DNA of 64,000 nt, taken from an uncultured Acidobacteriota bacterium (GTDB taxonomy: Bacteria > Acidobacteriota > Vicinamibacteria > Marinacidobacterales > SMYC01). The stretch covers positions 248,235 through 312,234 of the forward strand of contig CAWFHP010000009.1 in assembly GCA_963815675.1 (NCBI GenBank), in the 5' to 3' direction. Shown piece after piece: positions 42,169 to 51,410 of this stretch; positions within the stretch are counted from its first letter, which is position 1, and each line of letters starts with the position of its first letter. The notes under the pieces are model-generated. The model did no database searches and was not told where the DNA came from. It worked only from the letters and a program-made list of their open reading frames with translations. The translations under genes were made by a program, and so were the position numbers.

Positions 42169-42437
42169 GGGGGCTCGTTCTCGGACGATTCCGGCGACTT
42201 CGACTCGGATTCGAGCTTCTCGAACTTGGCGAGCGTGCGAAACAGACTGACGAAAGCCGCGGCAATCCCGAGGACGAGGAAGATGAGAGAGAACCAGGGC
42301 AGAGTCCCGAGCTTCCGGTCAATCAGGTAACCGACGGCACCCCCGAGAGTGATCGAGACGGGGAACATGACGCCGAGGCTCGTGAGGAGAGCCCAGCGTG
42401 CTCGGGAAGAGACCTCCGGAGTGGTGTTCTCCGCCAT
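42165..42437 (-). CDS. AtpZ-like small membrane protein (ATP synthase operon gene 1 family)
   Basis: 90 aa. Two TM helices (WALLTSLGVMFPVSITLGGAVGYLI, WFSLIFLVLGIAAAFVSLF). Overlaps the atpI start by 4 nt. Position and size match the AtpZ/AtpQ family. Confidence 0.5.
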   Translation of the reverse strand: MAENTTPEVSSRARWALLTSLGVMFPVSITLGGAVGYLIDRKLGTLPWFSLIFLVLGIAAAFVSLFRTLAKFEKLESESKSPESSENEPP

Positions 42438-42509
42438 GGGACCTCCTCCCCTCGCTCGGGCTCTCGAGCGCCGCGACGTCTGGACCGCGCGATCGTGGCC
42501 CGAGTGGTG

Positions 42510-44126
42510 TCAGTTCCCGAGAGCGGACTCTGCCGGCCCGGCCGGGTGACCCGGCTCAGACGCCGTTACCGGTTCCCGATGCCCGCTACCCGGCGGGGTG
42601 TGAACGGCGTTCCGCGAGGGCTCGATGCGCTCGACTATGCTTCGCACCGGCACCCGCAACACGTCGAGAAACGGCTTGGGGTAGACGCCGATCCAGACGC
42701 AGAGCGCGACGAGAGGAAGGAGCGTCGCGAGCTCGCGCCCCGTCACGTCCTTGAGCTTCTCGTTCTCGGGCTTGTCGAGCTTTCCGAACATCAGACGCTG
42801 GTAGAGCCAGAGGAGATACGCCGCGCCGAGGACGATACCGGAGACGGCGAAGGCGGCGTAGCGAAAGCCCGCGTAGGGACTCGCGAACGTCCCCTGGAGG
42901 ATCATGAACTCCCCGATGAAACCGTTCAGCATCGGAAGACCCATCGAGGCGAGGGCGATGACGAGGAACAGAGCCGCGAACACCGGCACCACCTTGGCGA
43001 TCCCACCGTAAGCCGAGATCGCACGGGTGTGCGTCTGCTCGTACATGATGCCCACGATCAAGAAGAGCCCGCCGGTCGAAAGCCCGTGGTTGATCATCTG
43101 GAGAATTCCGCCCTGGAGGCCGAGCTCCGTCAAGGCGAAGATGCCGAGCATCACGAACCCGAGGTGGCTCACCGAGCTATAGGCGACGAGCTTCTTCCAG
43201 TCGCTCTGGACGAGGGCGACCAGAGCCCCGTAGATGATGCCGATGACGGCGAGCGCCAGAACCAACCAACACCATTGGCGCGTCCCGTCGGGAAGAAGCG
43301 GGAGAGAAAAGCGCACGAAGCCGTAGGTCCCCATCTTCAGGAGCACCCCGGCAAGAATGACCGAGCCCGCCGTCGGCGCCTCCACGTGGGCGTCGGGAAG
43401 CCAGGTATGAAAGGGAAACATCGGGACCTTGATGGCGAACCCGATGAAGAACGCGAGGAACACCCAGGACTGCAGCGCGACGTCGTAGTCGACACTCCAG
43501 AGCTTGGTGATGTCGAAGGTGTAGACGCCTGTCTGGGTGTGATAGGCGAAGTAGAGGGCGAGGATGCCGAGAAGCATCAGAACGCTCCCCGCCAGGGTAT
43601 AGAGGAAGAACTTGATCGCCGCGTAGAGCTTTCGCGGTCCCCCCCAGACTCCGATGAGGAAGTACATCGGAACGAGCATCACTTCCCAGAACACGTAAAA
43701 GAGGAAGAAGTCGAGGGAGACGAACACCCCGAGCATCCCCGTCTGGAGCAGGAGCAGGAAGATGTAGTACTGCTTCACCCGATCGGTGATGGCGTTCCAC
43801 GACGAAAGACAGGCGATGAAGCCGAGCAGAGTCGTCATCAACACCAGAAGGAGGCTGATCCCGTCGAGCCCGAACTTGTACTGGACGCCGATGGTCGGGA
43901 TCCAGTCGTAGACCTCCTGGAACTGGAACTGGGGTCCGCTGTTATCGAAGGCGAGCCACAGCGGAAGGGAGATGAGGAATCCCACGAAGGTGATGATGTT
44001 CGCCGCCCACTTGATCTGGGTCTCCTGCGTCCTCTTGAAAAGGAACAGGATGGCGAGCGCTCCCAGGGTGGGGAACCAGACCACCAGCGAGAGGATGTTG
44101 AAATCGAAGGGATTGTTCTCGAGCAT
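42510..44126 (-). CDS. nuoM: NADH-quinone oxidoreductase subunit M (NuoM/ND4-type antiporter-like subunit)
   Basis: 538 aa. ...FYVFWEVMLVPMYFLIGVWGG...HTWLPDAHVEAPTAGSVILAGVLLKMGTYGFVRF...VAYSSVSHLGFVMLG are typical NuoM motifs. Confidence 0.85.
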   Translation of the reverse strand: MLENNPFDFNILSLVVWFPTLGALAILFLFKRTQETQIKWAANIITFVGFLISLPLWLAFDNSGPQFQFQEVYDWIPTIGVQYKFGLDGISLLLVLMTTLLGFIACLSSWNAITDRVKQYYIFLLLLQTGMLGVFVSLDFFLFYVFWEVMLVPMYFLIGVWGGPRKLYAAIKFFLYTLAGSVLMLLGILALYFAYHTQTGVYTFDITKLWSVDYDVALQSWVFLAFFIGFAIKVPMFPFHTWLPDAHVEAPTAGSVILAGVLLKMGTYGFVRFSLPLLPDGTRQWCWLVLALAVIGIIYGALVALVQSDWKKLVAYSSVSHLGFVMLGIFALTELGLQGGILQMINHGLSTGGLFLIVGIMYEQTHTRAISAYGGIAKVVPVFAALFLVIALASMGLPMLNGFIGEFMILQGTFASPYAGFRYAAFAVSGIVLGAAYLLWLYQRLMFGKLDKPENEKLKDVTGRELATLLPLVALCVWIGVYPKPFLDVLRVPVRSIVERIEPSRNAVHTPPGSGHREPVTASEPGHPAGPAESALGN

Positions 44127-44166
44127 GAAACCTCGTCCTTACGTTAGATCTCGAGCGGCCTGCCTC

Positions 44167-46261
44167 TCAGGACCAGAAGTAGAAGTAGAAGAACCCGACC
44201 AGAATGCCGAGACCGAAGAACATCATCAACGCGTAGTTCTGGAGAACACCCGTCTGGATACGGCGTGCGCCGGTCGACAGCCACGCCAGGATCTTCCAGA
44301 CCGCGTTCACCGCGCCGTCGACGAGGCTCGCGTCCGCGAGCGAGGAAAGGTCCGCCGCGCCGACGGTGAAGCTCGCCGCCCCGTTCACCGCGCCGTCGAT
44401 GACCTCGGAGTCGAAAGTCGCGAGCGCGTTGGCGCCCCCGAGCGTGCCTCCCACCACTGTCGCTCCATAGATCTCGTCGACGAAATACTTGTTGTAGAGG
44501 AGCTGGTAGATCGAGGGCCAGCCGCGGGAAACGGCCTCGTCCCCCTTGGGCTTCTCCCAGTACATCCGGTAGGCGACGAAGATGCCGGCGACGGCGATCG
44601 CGACCGACAGCAGCATGAATATCCACTCCACCGAGGCGCTCGCTTCCGCGGCCTCGTTGCTCGCCTCGAATCGCCTGCGTTCCCGCGAGGATGGCCGGCT
44701 CGAGGAACGACTCGATGTGATTCGCTCCACCGAGGAGGTGGGGCCAGCCCACGAACCCGGCGAAAATCGATCCGAGGGCGAGCACCACGAGCGGCATCCA
44801 CATGACCGGCGGCGCCTCGTGGAGATGCCCTTCCATTTTCTCCCCGCCGCGAAACTTGCCGAAGAACGTGAGGATGACCTGCCGGGTCATGTAGAACGCG
44901 GTCATACCGGCGGCGGCAGCGCCCACGATCCAAAGAAGCGTCGCGTGGCCGCCTCGAGTCGCGTTCCAGAGGATCTCGTCCTTACTGACGAAGCCCGCGA
45001 AAGGAGGAATCCCGGCGATGGCGATGGTGGCGATGATGAACGTGCGGGCGGTCCAGGGCATGTGGTGGTAGAGCCCGCCCATGTTCCTCATGTCCTGCAT
45101 CTCGGTGTAGTGGCGATGTCCGCCGGAGCCGTGCTCGGCGTGCTCCATCGAGTGGATCACGGCTCCCGAGCCGAGGAAGAGACAGGCCTTGAAGAAGGCG
45201 TGGGTCATCAGGTGGAAGATGGCCGCCGCGAAAGCTCCCACGCCGCAGCCCAGAAACATGTAGCCGAGCTGCGAGACCGTCGAGTAGGCGAGGACTTTCT
45301 TGATGTCGTTCTGGAACAGACCGATCGACGCGGCAAAGATCGCGGTCGCGACTCCGATGGTGGCGACGACGCTCATGGCGAGGGGAGCGTGCGCGTAAAG
45401 GACGCCGCAGCGGGCCGTCATGTAGACCCCGGCGGTGACCATGGTCGCGGCGTGGATGAGAGCGGAGACCGGCGTCGGGCCTTCCATCGCGTCCGGTAGC
45501 CAGACGTAGAGAGGAATTTGCGCCGACTTCCCGGTGGCGCCGACGAACAAGAGGATGCCGATCGCCGCGAGGAGTCCGAGCCCCGCCTGCTCGGCGGGGA
45601 ACCGCTCGGCGATGGCCTTCATCACCTCGTAGAAATCCACCGAGCCGAAGTTGTAAAAGATGAGCATGATCGCGAGGACGAACCCCGCGTCGCCGATACG
45701 GTTGACGATGAAGGCTTTCTTTCCCGCGTTGGCCGCCGAGTCCCGCTCGAACCAAAACCCGATCAAAAGATAAGAGCAGAGCCCCACCCCTTCCCAACCG
45801 ATGAAGGCGATGAGGAAGTTCGCGCCCAGCACCAGGTTCAACATGAAGAAGGTGAACATGTTGAGGTAGGTGAAGAAGCGCCAGAAGCCCTCGTCGTGGC
45901 TCATGTAGCCGATGGAGTAGATATGGATGAGCAGACCGATGCCGCTCACGACGAGCACCATGAGCATCGAGAGCGCGTCGAGGCGATACTTCCAGTCGAC
46001 GACGAAGTTCGCCGTGCCCCCACCCGCCTGAGAGACGCTCATTCCCGGGATCCAGGTGAAGAGAGTCTTCTCCAGGATCGACTCGCCGCCTCCGGTCAGG
46101 AAGACGCCGAAATAACAGCCGAGCGCGATCAGAAAAGAGATGGTGACGACGCCGCAAGCGATGGCGGCGACGACGTTCTTCGGCAAGCGTTTGCCGAAGA
46201 GCCCGTTGAGGATTGCCCCGACACCGGGGATGAGAGGAATGAGCCAGAAGAATTCACTCAC
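44167..46261 (-). CDS. nuoL: NADH-quinone oxidoreductase subunit L (NuoL/ND5-type); apparent frameshift near 44650
   Basis: ORF 44144..46261 has ...IGWEGVGLCSYLLIGFWF...TGKSAQIPLYVWLPDAMEGPTPVSALIHAATMVTAGVY... The NuoL C-terminal horizontal-helix region is in ORF 44167..44730. Confidence 0.85.
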
Positions 46262-46460
46262 GACGAAATCTCGCTAACGGCGAATAGACGAGACAAAAAC
46301 GAACGGAAAGACGGTGGAACGTTGCCTTCCATGCTCTCCAAAACGAGTCGCATCTTATAGCACCGGCCTCTATTGTTGTCAAGGTGAGGAAACGTGGCAA
46401 GCTTCCGCTACCGTATTGATTCTCAAGAAATTAGGAGACACCGTCCGTTCGCCGGGGGCT

Positions 46461-47228
46461 TCAAAAGACCCCTTTGACCGCCCCGCCGTCTACCTGGATC
46501 GCGGTACCGGTGACATAGCCCGCCCGCTCGGAGCAAAGAAGCGCGACGACGGCAGCGAGCTCCGAGGGCTCCCCGAGTCGTCCCATCGGGACCTCGCTCG
46601 TCCATCTCCGGTGGACGTCCTCTTCGGAAATCCCCTCGCGCTCGCTCATCCGGGCCGCGAGCTCCACGAGGCGGTCCGTTCGGGTATACCCGGGACAGAC
46701 GACGTTGACGCCGATTCCGAATGGGCCGAGCTCGTTCGAGAGCGTCTTCATGAAACCGAGGACCCCGGAACGCGCGGTGTTGGAGAGAATGAGGCCGTCG
46801 ACGGGCTGTTTTGCCGCGATGGAGGTGATGGCGACGATCCGACCTTCGCGCCGCTCTTTCATCCCGGGGACGACGGCGCGGCAGAGAAGAATGGTCGAAA
46901 GAAGATTCAGCTCGATCGCGTCCCGAAAGGCGGATGGCTCGGTGGTATCGAACTTCGTCGAGGGAGGGCCGCCGGCATTCGCCACGAGGATGTCGACGCG
47001 CCCGAAGCGCTCCCGCGTCTCCTCGACCCACGCGGTCACCTCGCGCTCTCGAGTGACGTCGGTGGGCCGGAAGATTACGTCGGCTCCGGAGTCGGTCTCG
47101 ATCTCACGGGCGGTGGCCTCGAGAACGCGCGCGTCCCGCGAGGCGAGGGAGAGCCGCGCGCCTTCCGCGGCGAGGGTGGCGGCGACCGCCTTACCGAGAC
47201 CTCGGCTTGCCCCGGAGACGAGAGCCAC
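46461..47228 (-). CDS. short-chain dehydrogenase/reductase (FabG-like SDR)
   Basis: ALVSGASRGLGKAVAATLAAEGARL...NAGG...YxxxK-type catalytic region (SNTARSGVLGFMKTLSNELG), PGYTRT. The true start is probably a few codons upstream of the listed one (no in-frame ATG nearby). Confidence 0.8.
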   Translation of the reverse strand: MALVSGASRGLGKAVAATLAAEGARLSLASRDARVLEATAREIETDSGADVIFRPTDVTREREVTAWVEETRERFGRVDILVANAGGPPSTKFDTTEPSAFRDAIELNLLSTILLCRAVVPGMKERREGRIVAITSIAAKQPVDGLILSNTARSGVLGFMKTLSNELGPFGIGVNVVCPGYTRTDRLVELAARMSEREGISEEDVHRRWTSEVPMGRLGEPSELAAVVALLCSERAGYVTGTAIQVDGGAVKGVF

Positions 47229-47302
47229 CTTTCCCGAAAGCCCGAGGAATCCATCGGTCGGGAATTCTAGCAGGAGTTGGGGTGAAGGTGTGCGGGCCGA
47301 GC

Positions 47303-47647
47303 CTAGGTGTATTGCTTTTCCTTGCAGGTGATACAGACTTTCGTCCAGGGGACTGCCTTCAGTCGAGCGGCGGAGATCTCCTCTTCACACTCGATACAGA
47401 TACCGTAGGTGCCCGACTCCACGCGCGCCAGAGCGTCCTCGATGGCGCGAAGCAGCTTCGCATCCGTCTGTTTCAGCTGGATGCTGATCTCTTCTTCGTT
47501 GGCCGCGGAGGAGCGGTCGGCAAAGTCACCGTGGCCGTCGGTGGACGTGTCACCGGTGAGGATACCCTTCATGCCTATCGCCCGTTCGAGATCGTGTTTC
47601 TTCTCGAGAAGCGCTTTTTTGTGCTGTGCCAGCTCAGATTTCTTCAT
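47303..47647 (-). CDS. dksA: DksA/TraR-family C4-type zinc-finger protein
   Basis: Internal start MKKSELAQHKKALLEKKHDL... (ATG comp 47645-47647) with C-terminal CIECEEEISAARLKAVPWTKVCITC four-Cys finger. 114 aa. Confidence 0.7.
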   Translation of the reverse strand: MKKSELAQHKKALLEKKHDLERAIGMKGILTGDTSTDGHGDFADRSSAANEEEISIQLKQTDAKLLRAIEDALARVESGTYGICIECEEEISAARLKAVPWTKVCITCKEKQYT

Positions 47648-47765
47648 TCGATCGGTCCGACTCTCTAACAAGCTTGGAAACCCGTAAGTATAACCCGTCT
47701 GGGACGGGCGGGCAAGGAAAGGAAATGAGCGGTTCGGAGCCGAATTCGGGACCGGAACGGTCGAG

Positions 47766-48077
47766 CTAGCTCCGGACGTAGCCGCGGAGCCGGCCGGCGT
47801 CCTCCATGGACATCGACAGAAACTCGACTCCCGCGACACAATCTTCCTCGAGCTGCTCGACGCGGACCACTCGAGCCTCCACGACGGCCGAATCCTTGTC
47901 CAAAAACAGCTTGATGATGTAGGCGGAGCCGGGAGTAAGGTGGCGGCGCAGTCGCATCAACATCCCGCCGATGCTGAGGTTCAAAACCGACGCTTCCCAG
48001 CCATCTCCAAGCTGCGCAAAGCACGAGCCCAGAGAGTCGACCCGGTGATGCCGTCTCCGGGAGAGCTGTGGCATCGG
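47766..48077 (-). CDS. PilZ domain protein (c-di-GMP receptor-like)
   Basis: MPQLSRRRHHRVDS...VLNLSIGGMLMRL has the RxxxR plus D/N-x-S-x-GG PilZ signature. About 100 aa. Confidence 0.5.
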   Translation of the reverse strand, partial: PMPQLSRRRHHRVDSLGSCFAQLGDGWEASVLNLSIGGMLMRLRRHLTPGSAYIIKLFLDKDSAVVEARVVRVEQLEEDCVAGVEFLSMSMEDAGRLRGYVRS

Positions 48078-48193
48078 ATGTGTCCGCTCCTGATTGAAAC
48101 CGGAGGACAATCCATCGGGCACCATCGTCCCAGGCGTGCAATCGTATCTCTACCGGAAACGGCTGACAACCGTCAAAAACGCGAGAGCCCGTC

Positions 48194-48693
48194 TCAATGC
48201 GCCGTCTTGCCTCCGAGAAGGTCGAGCGCGTGGTGGAGGGTCGGTGCGAGCGCCGAGAGCCCCTGGATCACCGCTTTCGGGCTTCCCGGAAGGGCGACGA
48301 TGAGGACGGAGCCCACGCTTCCCGCGACGCTCCGAGAGAGGACCGCCATCGGCGTGTGCGCGAGGCCGCTCGAGCGGAGAAGCTCCCCATAGCCCGGAAG
48401 CTCCTTCTCGAAAAGCGTGCGCAGCGCCTCGGGCGTCACGTCCCTCGGTCCGAGTCCCGTGCCCCCGGTGGTGACGACGAGATCGACCCGTCCGTCGTCC
48501 TCTCGGAGCCAGGCCTGTACCTGCCGGACGATGTTCTCACGCTCGTCGGCCACCGCCGTCCGGCGAACAACGTCGAAGCCGAGCCTCCCGAGCGCCTCAA
48601 CCGCAACGTCTCCCGATAGAGATCCTGTCGGGTGCCGGCGGCGACTCCGTCGCTCACGGTGAGAACCGCCGCCCGGCGGGATGTGGGCTCCAT
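48194..48693 (-). CDS. mogA: molybdenum cofactor biosynthesis protein MogA/MoaB family; apparent frameshift near 48600
   Basis: N-terminus MEPTSRRAAVLTVSDGVAAGTRQD (ORF 48436..48693) joins ...SGDVAVEALGRLGFDVV...VDLVVTTGGTGLGPRDVTPEA...GSPKAV (ORF 48194..48913). Confidence 0.65.
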
Positions 48694-48763
48694 CTGCTAG
48701 CTCCGCCCGCAGTATAAAGCTATAGTGGAGTTCTTCAGAAAACGACCCGCGAAGCTCGAAACG

Positions 48764-49688
48764 ATGGACAAGCGCACACGAATCGGGATCTTGACGGGTA
48801 TCCTGCTCACCGCCCCCGCGGTTGCTGGCATCGGCCAGGAGCAGAACGAACGCTATCAGTTCCGGGTGACGGTCGACCTCATCTCGCTCAACGTGACCGT
48901 CACCGACACCCACAATCGTTTCGTCACCGAGCTTCTACAGAAGGATTTCTCGGTCTACGAGGACGGTGTCGCCCAGGAGATTCTCGGTCTTCTCGAGGGA
49001 AGACCTCCCCATTCGCATGGTGCTCCTCATGGATACCAGCGCGAGCATGGACGAGAAGATGAGCTTCGCCCAGCAGGCCGCGGTGAACTTCGTCACGAGG
49101 ATGAAGCTCGACGATCTCACTCAAGTCGTGGAGTTCGGAAGCAAGGCCAACGTGCTGCAGGCCTTTACCGACGACAAGGACAGGCTCGTCCGAGCCATCC
49201 GGATGACCCAGGCGGGCGGCACGACGAGTCTCTATAACGCCCTTTACATCGCTCTCAAGAACCTGAGCCGCCGGAGGGAGGACATCCGGCGTCAGGCGAT
49301 CGTCGTTCTTTCCGACGGTGAGGACACGAGCTCCCTCGTCAGCTTCGAGCAGGTTATGGAGCTCGCGAAGAACACCGACGTCACCATCTACACCATCTCG
49401 CTGCGGCGCCAGAACGCGCAGCGCGGTCGCGCATTTTCCGAGGCGGAGCACGTTCTCAAGAAGCTCGCCGAGGATACCGGGGGACAGTGGTTCTTCCCAT
49501 CGCAGATCCAGGAGCTCGCATCGGTCTACGACCGTATATCCACGGAGCTCAAGAGCCAGTACAACATCGGTTACATCTCCAACAATCCGAAACGGGACGG
49601 GTCCTGGCGGCGGGTTGTCGTGCAGACGGACTACCCCGACCTGCTCGTTCGAACAAAGCTCGGCTATTACGCTCCCAAGGGGCAATGA
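48764..49688 (+). CDS. von Willebrand factor type A (VWA) domain protein with signal peptide; apparent frameshift near 48990
   Basis: MDKRTRIGILTGILLTAPAVAG signal in ORF 48725..49237. MIDAS motif VLLMDTSASM and the VWA fold in ORF 48966..49688. Confidence 0.7.
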
Positions 49689-49689
49689 G

Positions 49690-50763
49690 CTAGTTCCAAC
49701 CCGGGAGGCCCAGGTCGAAGGCCTTCTGCTCCGCCTGAGTCAGCTGGTTCCGGAGACTCATGGTGGTCGTAAAGCTCCGGCGCAAGTGCGTTTCGCTATC
49801 TTCGGCGGCGAACACTGACTGGGTCCCGCCCGCGAGACCGGCGCTTTCGCTTCGTCCCCCGACGGTAATCCGGACGCGGGTAATCCAGGAGCCGGGGTCG
49901 TTGCCCATGGGAATTCGGGCCGGCTCGTCCTCGAAGTCGTCCACGATGCCTTGTCCGTACTGGATCTGGAGGTTCTCGATGTTCGCCGCCACCGGGGTCC
50001 ATGGCTCGCCCGAGGCGGCATCTCGGCGCTCGAGTGAGGGACTCGGTGCGGGAGGCAGCGGATTGACACGGTACTGAACGACATGGAAGAGACCGATGAC
50101 GGCACACTCGAGGCTCACGTCGCTATCGAACGCCCGAGGAGCATCAATCCCGGTGACGCCCCGTCCGGCGTCGAGACTCACGTCGAGCGTCCCGCAAGCC
50201 GCCGGGCCGCTCTTCCCACCCGAGCCGGAGCACTTCGGAGGCTCGCTTACCCGGAACGAAACGATCCCGGGAGAGACGGTGTCACAGGCCGGGTCGCCGT
50301 TCGGCCCCTGGAGGGCGAATAGGACCATGCCTTCCAGATAAACGACTTCGTAGTCCGGCGGGCGGAACGAAAAGCTGCCCGGGTCCAGGTGAAGCGTGGC
50401 GGTGGCACCGACCGTGCCGCAGCGCTCCCCGCCGCCCGAGCAGGCGAGCGGTCTCGACACCGGGATCTCGGGATCGGCGTAGACGACGGCCACGGCGTCC
50501 GGCGTCACCCCGCCGCCATCGGACCACATCACCGCCAGGTTCGGCGGGGTGTTGAAACCGGCGATCGCCAGGTCCCGGCTGAGTCGGTCGAGCCCCGCTC
50601 GCGCTCTCGCGTTCACGTCGGAGATCTCCGGCTCGCGGCGAAAGGTCTCCTGGCCTTTCTGGAGAAGGACGAAGACCGAGGTCATCACGACCATGGTGAT
50701 GACGAGAGCGATCAGAATCTCGATGAGCGAGAACCCGTGCTCTCGCTTCCGGCAGACGGCCAT
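49690..50763 (-). CDS. type IV pilus minor pilin / pseudopilin (PilW-like), prepilin-type N-terminal methylation domain
   Basis: Internal start MAVCRKREHGFSLIEILIALVITMVVMTSVFVLL gives G|FSLIE prepilin cleavage motif plus a hydrophobic helix. About 355 aa, and Gly-rich. Confidence 0.6.
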   Translation of the reverse strand: MAVCRKREHGFSLIEILIALVITMVVMTSVFVLLQKGQETFRREPEISDVNARARAGLDRLSRDLAIAGFNTPPNLAVMWSDGGGVTPDAVAVVYADPEIPVSRPLACSGGGERCGTVGATATLHLDPGSFSFRPPDYEVVYLEGMVLFALQGPNGDPACDTVSPGIVSFRVSEPPKCSGSGGKSGPAACGTLDVSLDAGRGVTGIDAPRAFDSDVSLECAVIGLFHVVQYRVNPLPPAPSPSLERRDAASGEPWTPVAANIENLQIQYGQGIVDDFEDEPARIPMGNDPGSWITRVRITVGGRSESAGLAGGTQSVFAAEDSETHLRRSFTTTMSLRNQLTQAEQKAFDLGLPGWN

Positions 50764-51313
50764 GGGGGAGTCCTCCAGGCTAAGGCAACGGCAGATTGGT
50801 ATTGGGTTTCCGAAGTCGAGAGATAGCAAAGGGCGTACCAGAGGAGAGCCGGCTCCAAGCTGTTGGGAACAAAGGCTGGAACGCGATCACGACTCCCACC
50901 CACGCCCGAGAGGTGTGGGGGTCTTCCTCTCGACGCGGGACGCCTCGCCTGGGGCACCGTCCCGCGGTCGCGACAAGAGCAGTCTCTGGAACGAGTTTCG
51001 CCGGGAGGGAGTCACCACGATCCCGCGTGGTGAAACCCCCAGACGCGATCGATCGACCTTTCCGCCACGCGAGGGGAGGGGGTTGCAAAAAAGCTCTTCC
51101 GGGCCAGCAAGAAAATTTACAGGAAACGCGGGGCGGGCGCTCGTCGACGAGCTCCTATCGCCTTATTTTGCAGCTATTTCCGGTCAAGCTGCGTCGCAAG
51201 CTCGCGTGGCACGTGCCTTGCTAATACGAATGGCGTCTACTAACCGGATGCTTCCGGATTGGGAAAGGGCCCAGCCCGGAAGCCCGAGCTCCCTCCTATC
51301 GTAGGCAGGGAAA

Positions 51314-51350
51314 GGGGCCGGACATCTTCAGGATGTCCGGCCCCTTTTCT
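51314..51350 (+). terminator. intrinsic terminator-like hairpin (13-bp perfect GC-rich stem, 5-nt loop, T-tract)
   Basis: ggggccggacatc ttcag gatgtccggcccc followed by ttttct. Located 60 nt upstream of dgt, at the end of an about 550-nt region with no convincing CDS. Confidence 0.5.
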
Positions 51351-51410
51351 CGTTCCCCGTCCTTTGACACGCCTTCGCAACGAGGAGTAGTGTCGAGAAG
51401 AGTAGTCGAG

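Noticed and set aside
42495-44147. 550-aa plus-strand ORF (and similar long ORFs 44582..45499, 45518..46360, 44982..46157)
   Set aside because: They are antisense or alternative frames of nuoM/nuoL. The translations are E/D/R/H-rich with no domain. The real genes are the membrane-protein frames.
50830-51310. Possible tmRNA, RNase P RNA or SRP RNA in the non-coding stretch
   Set aside because: No tRNA-like T-arm (GGTTCGAATCC-type), no tmRNA tag ending in ..LAA/..AA in any frame, no RNase P P4 consensus (AGGAAAGTCCGGGCTCC), and no SRP domain-IV GGAA tetraloop motif. Only the generic terminator hairpin is supportable.
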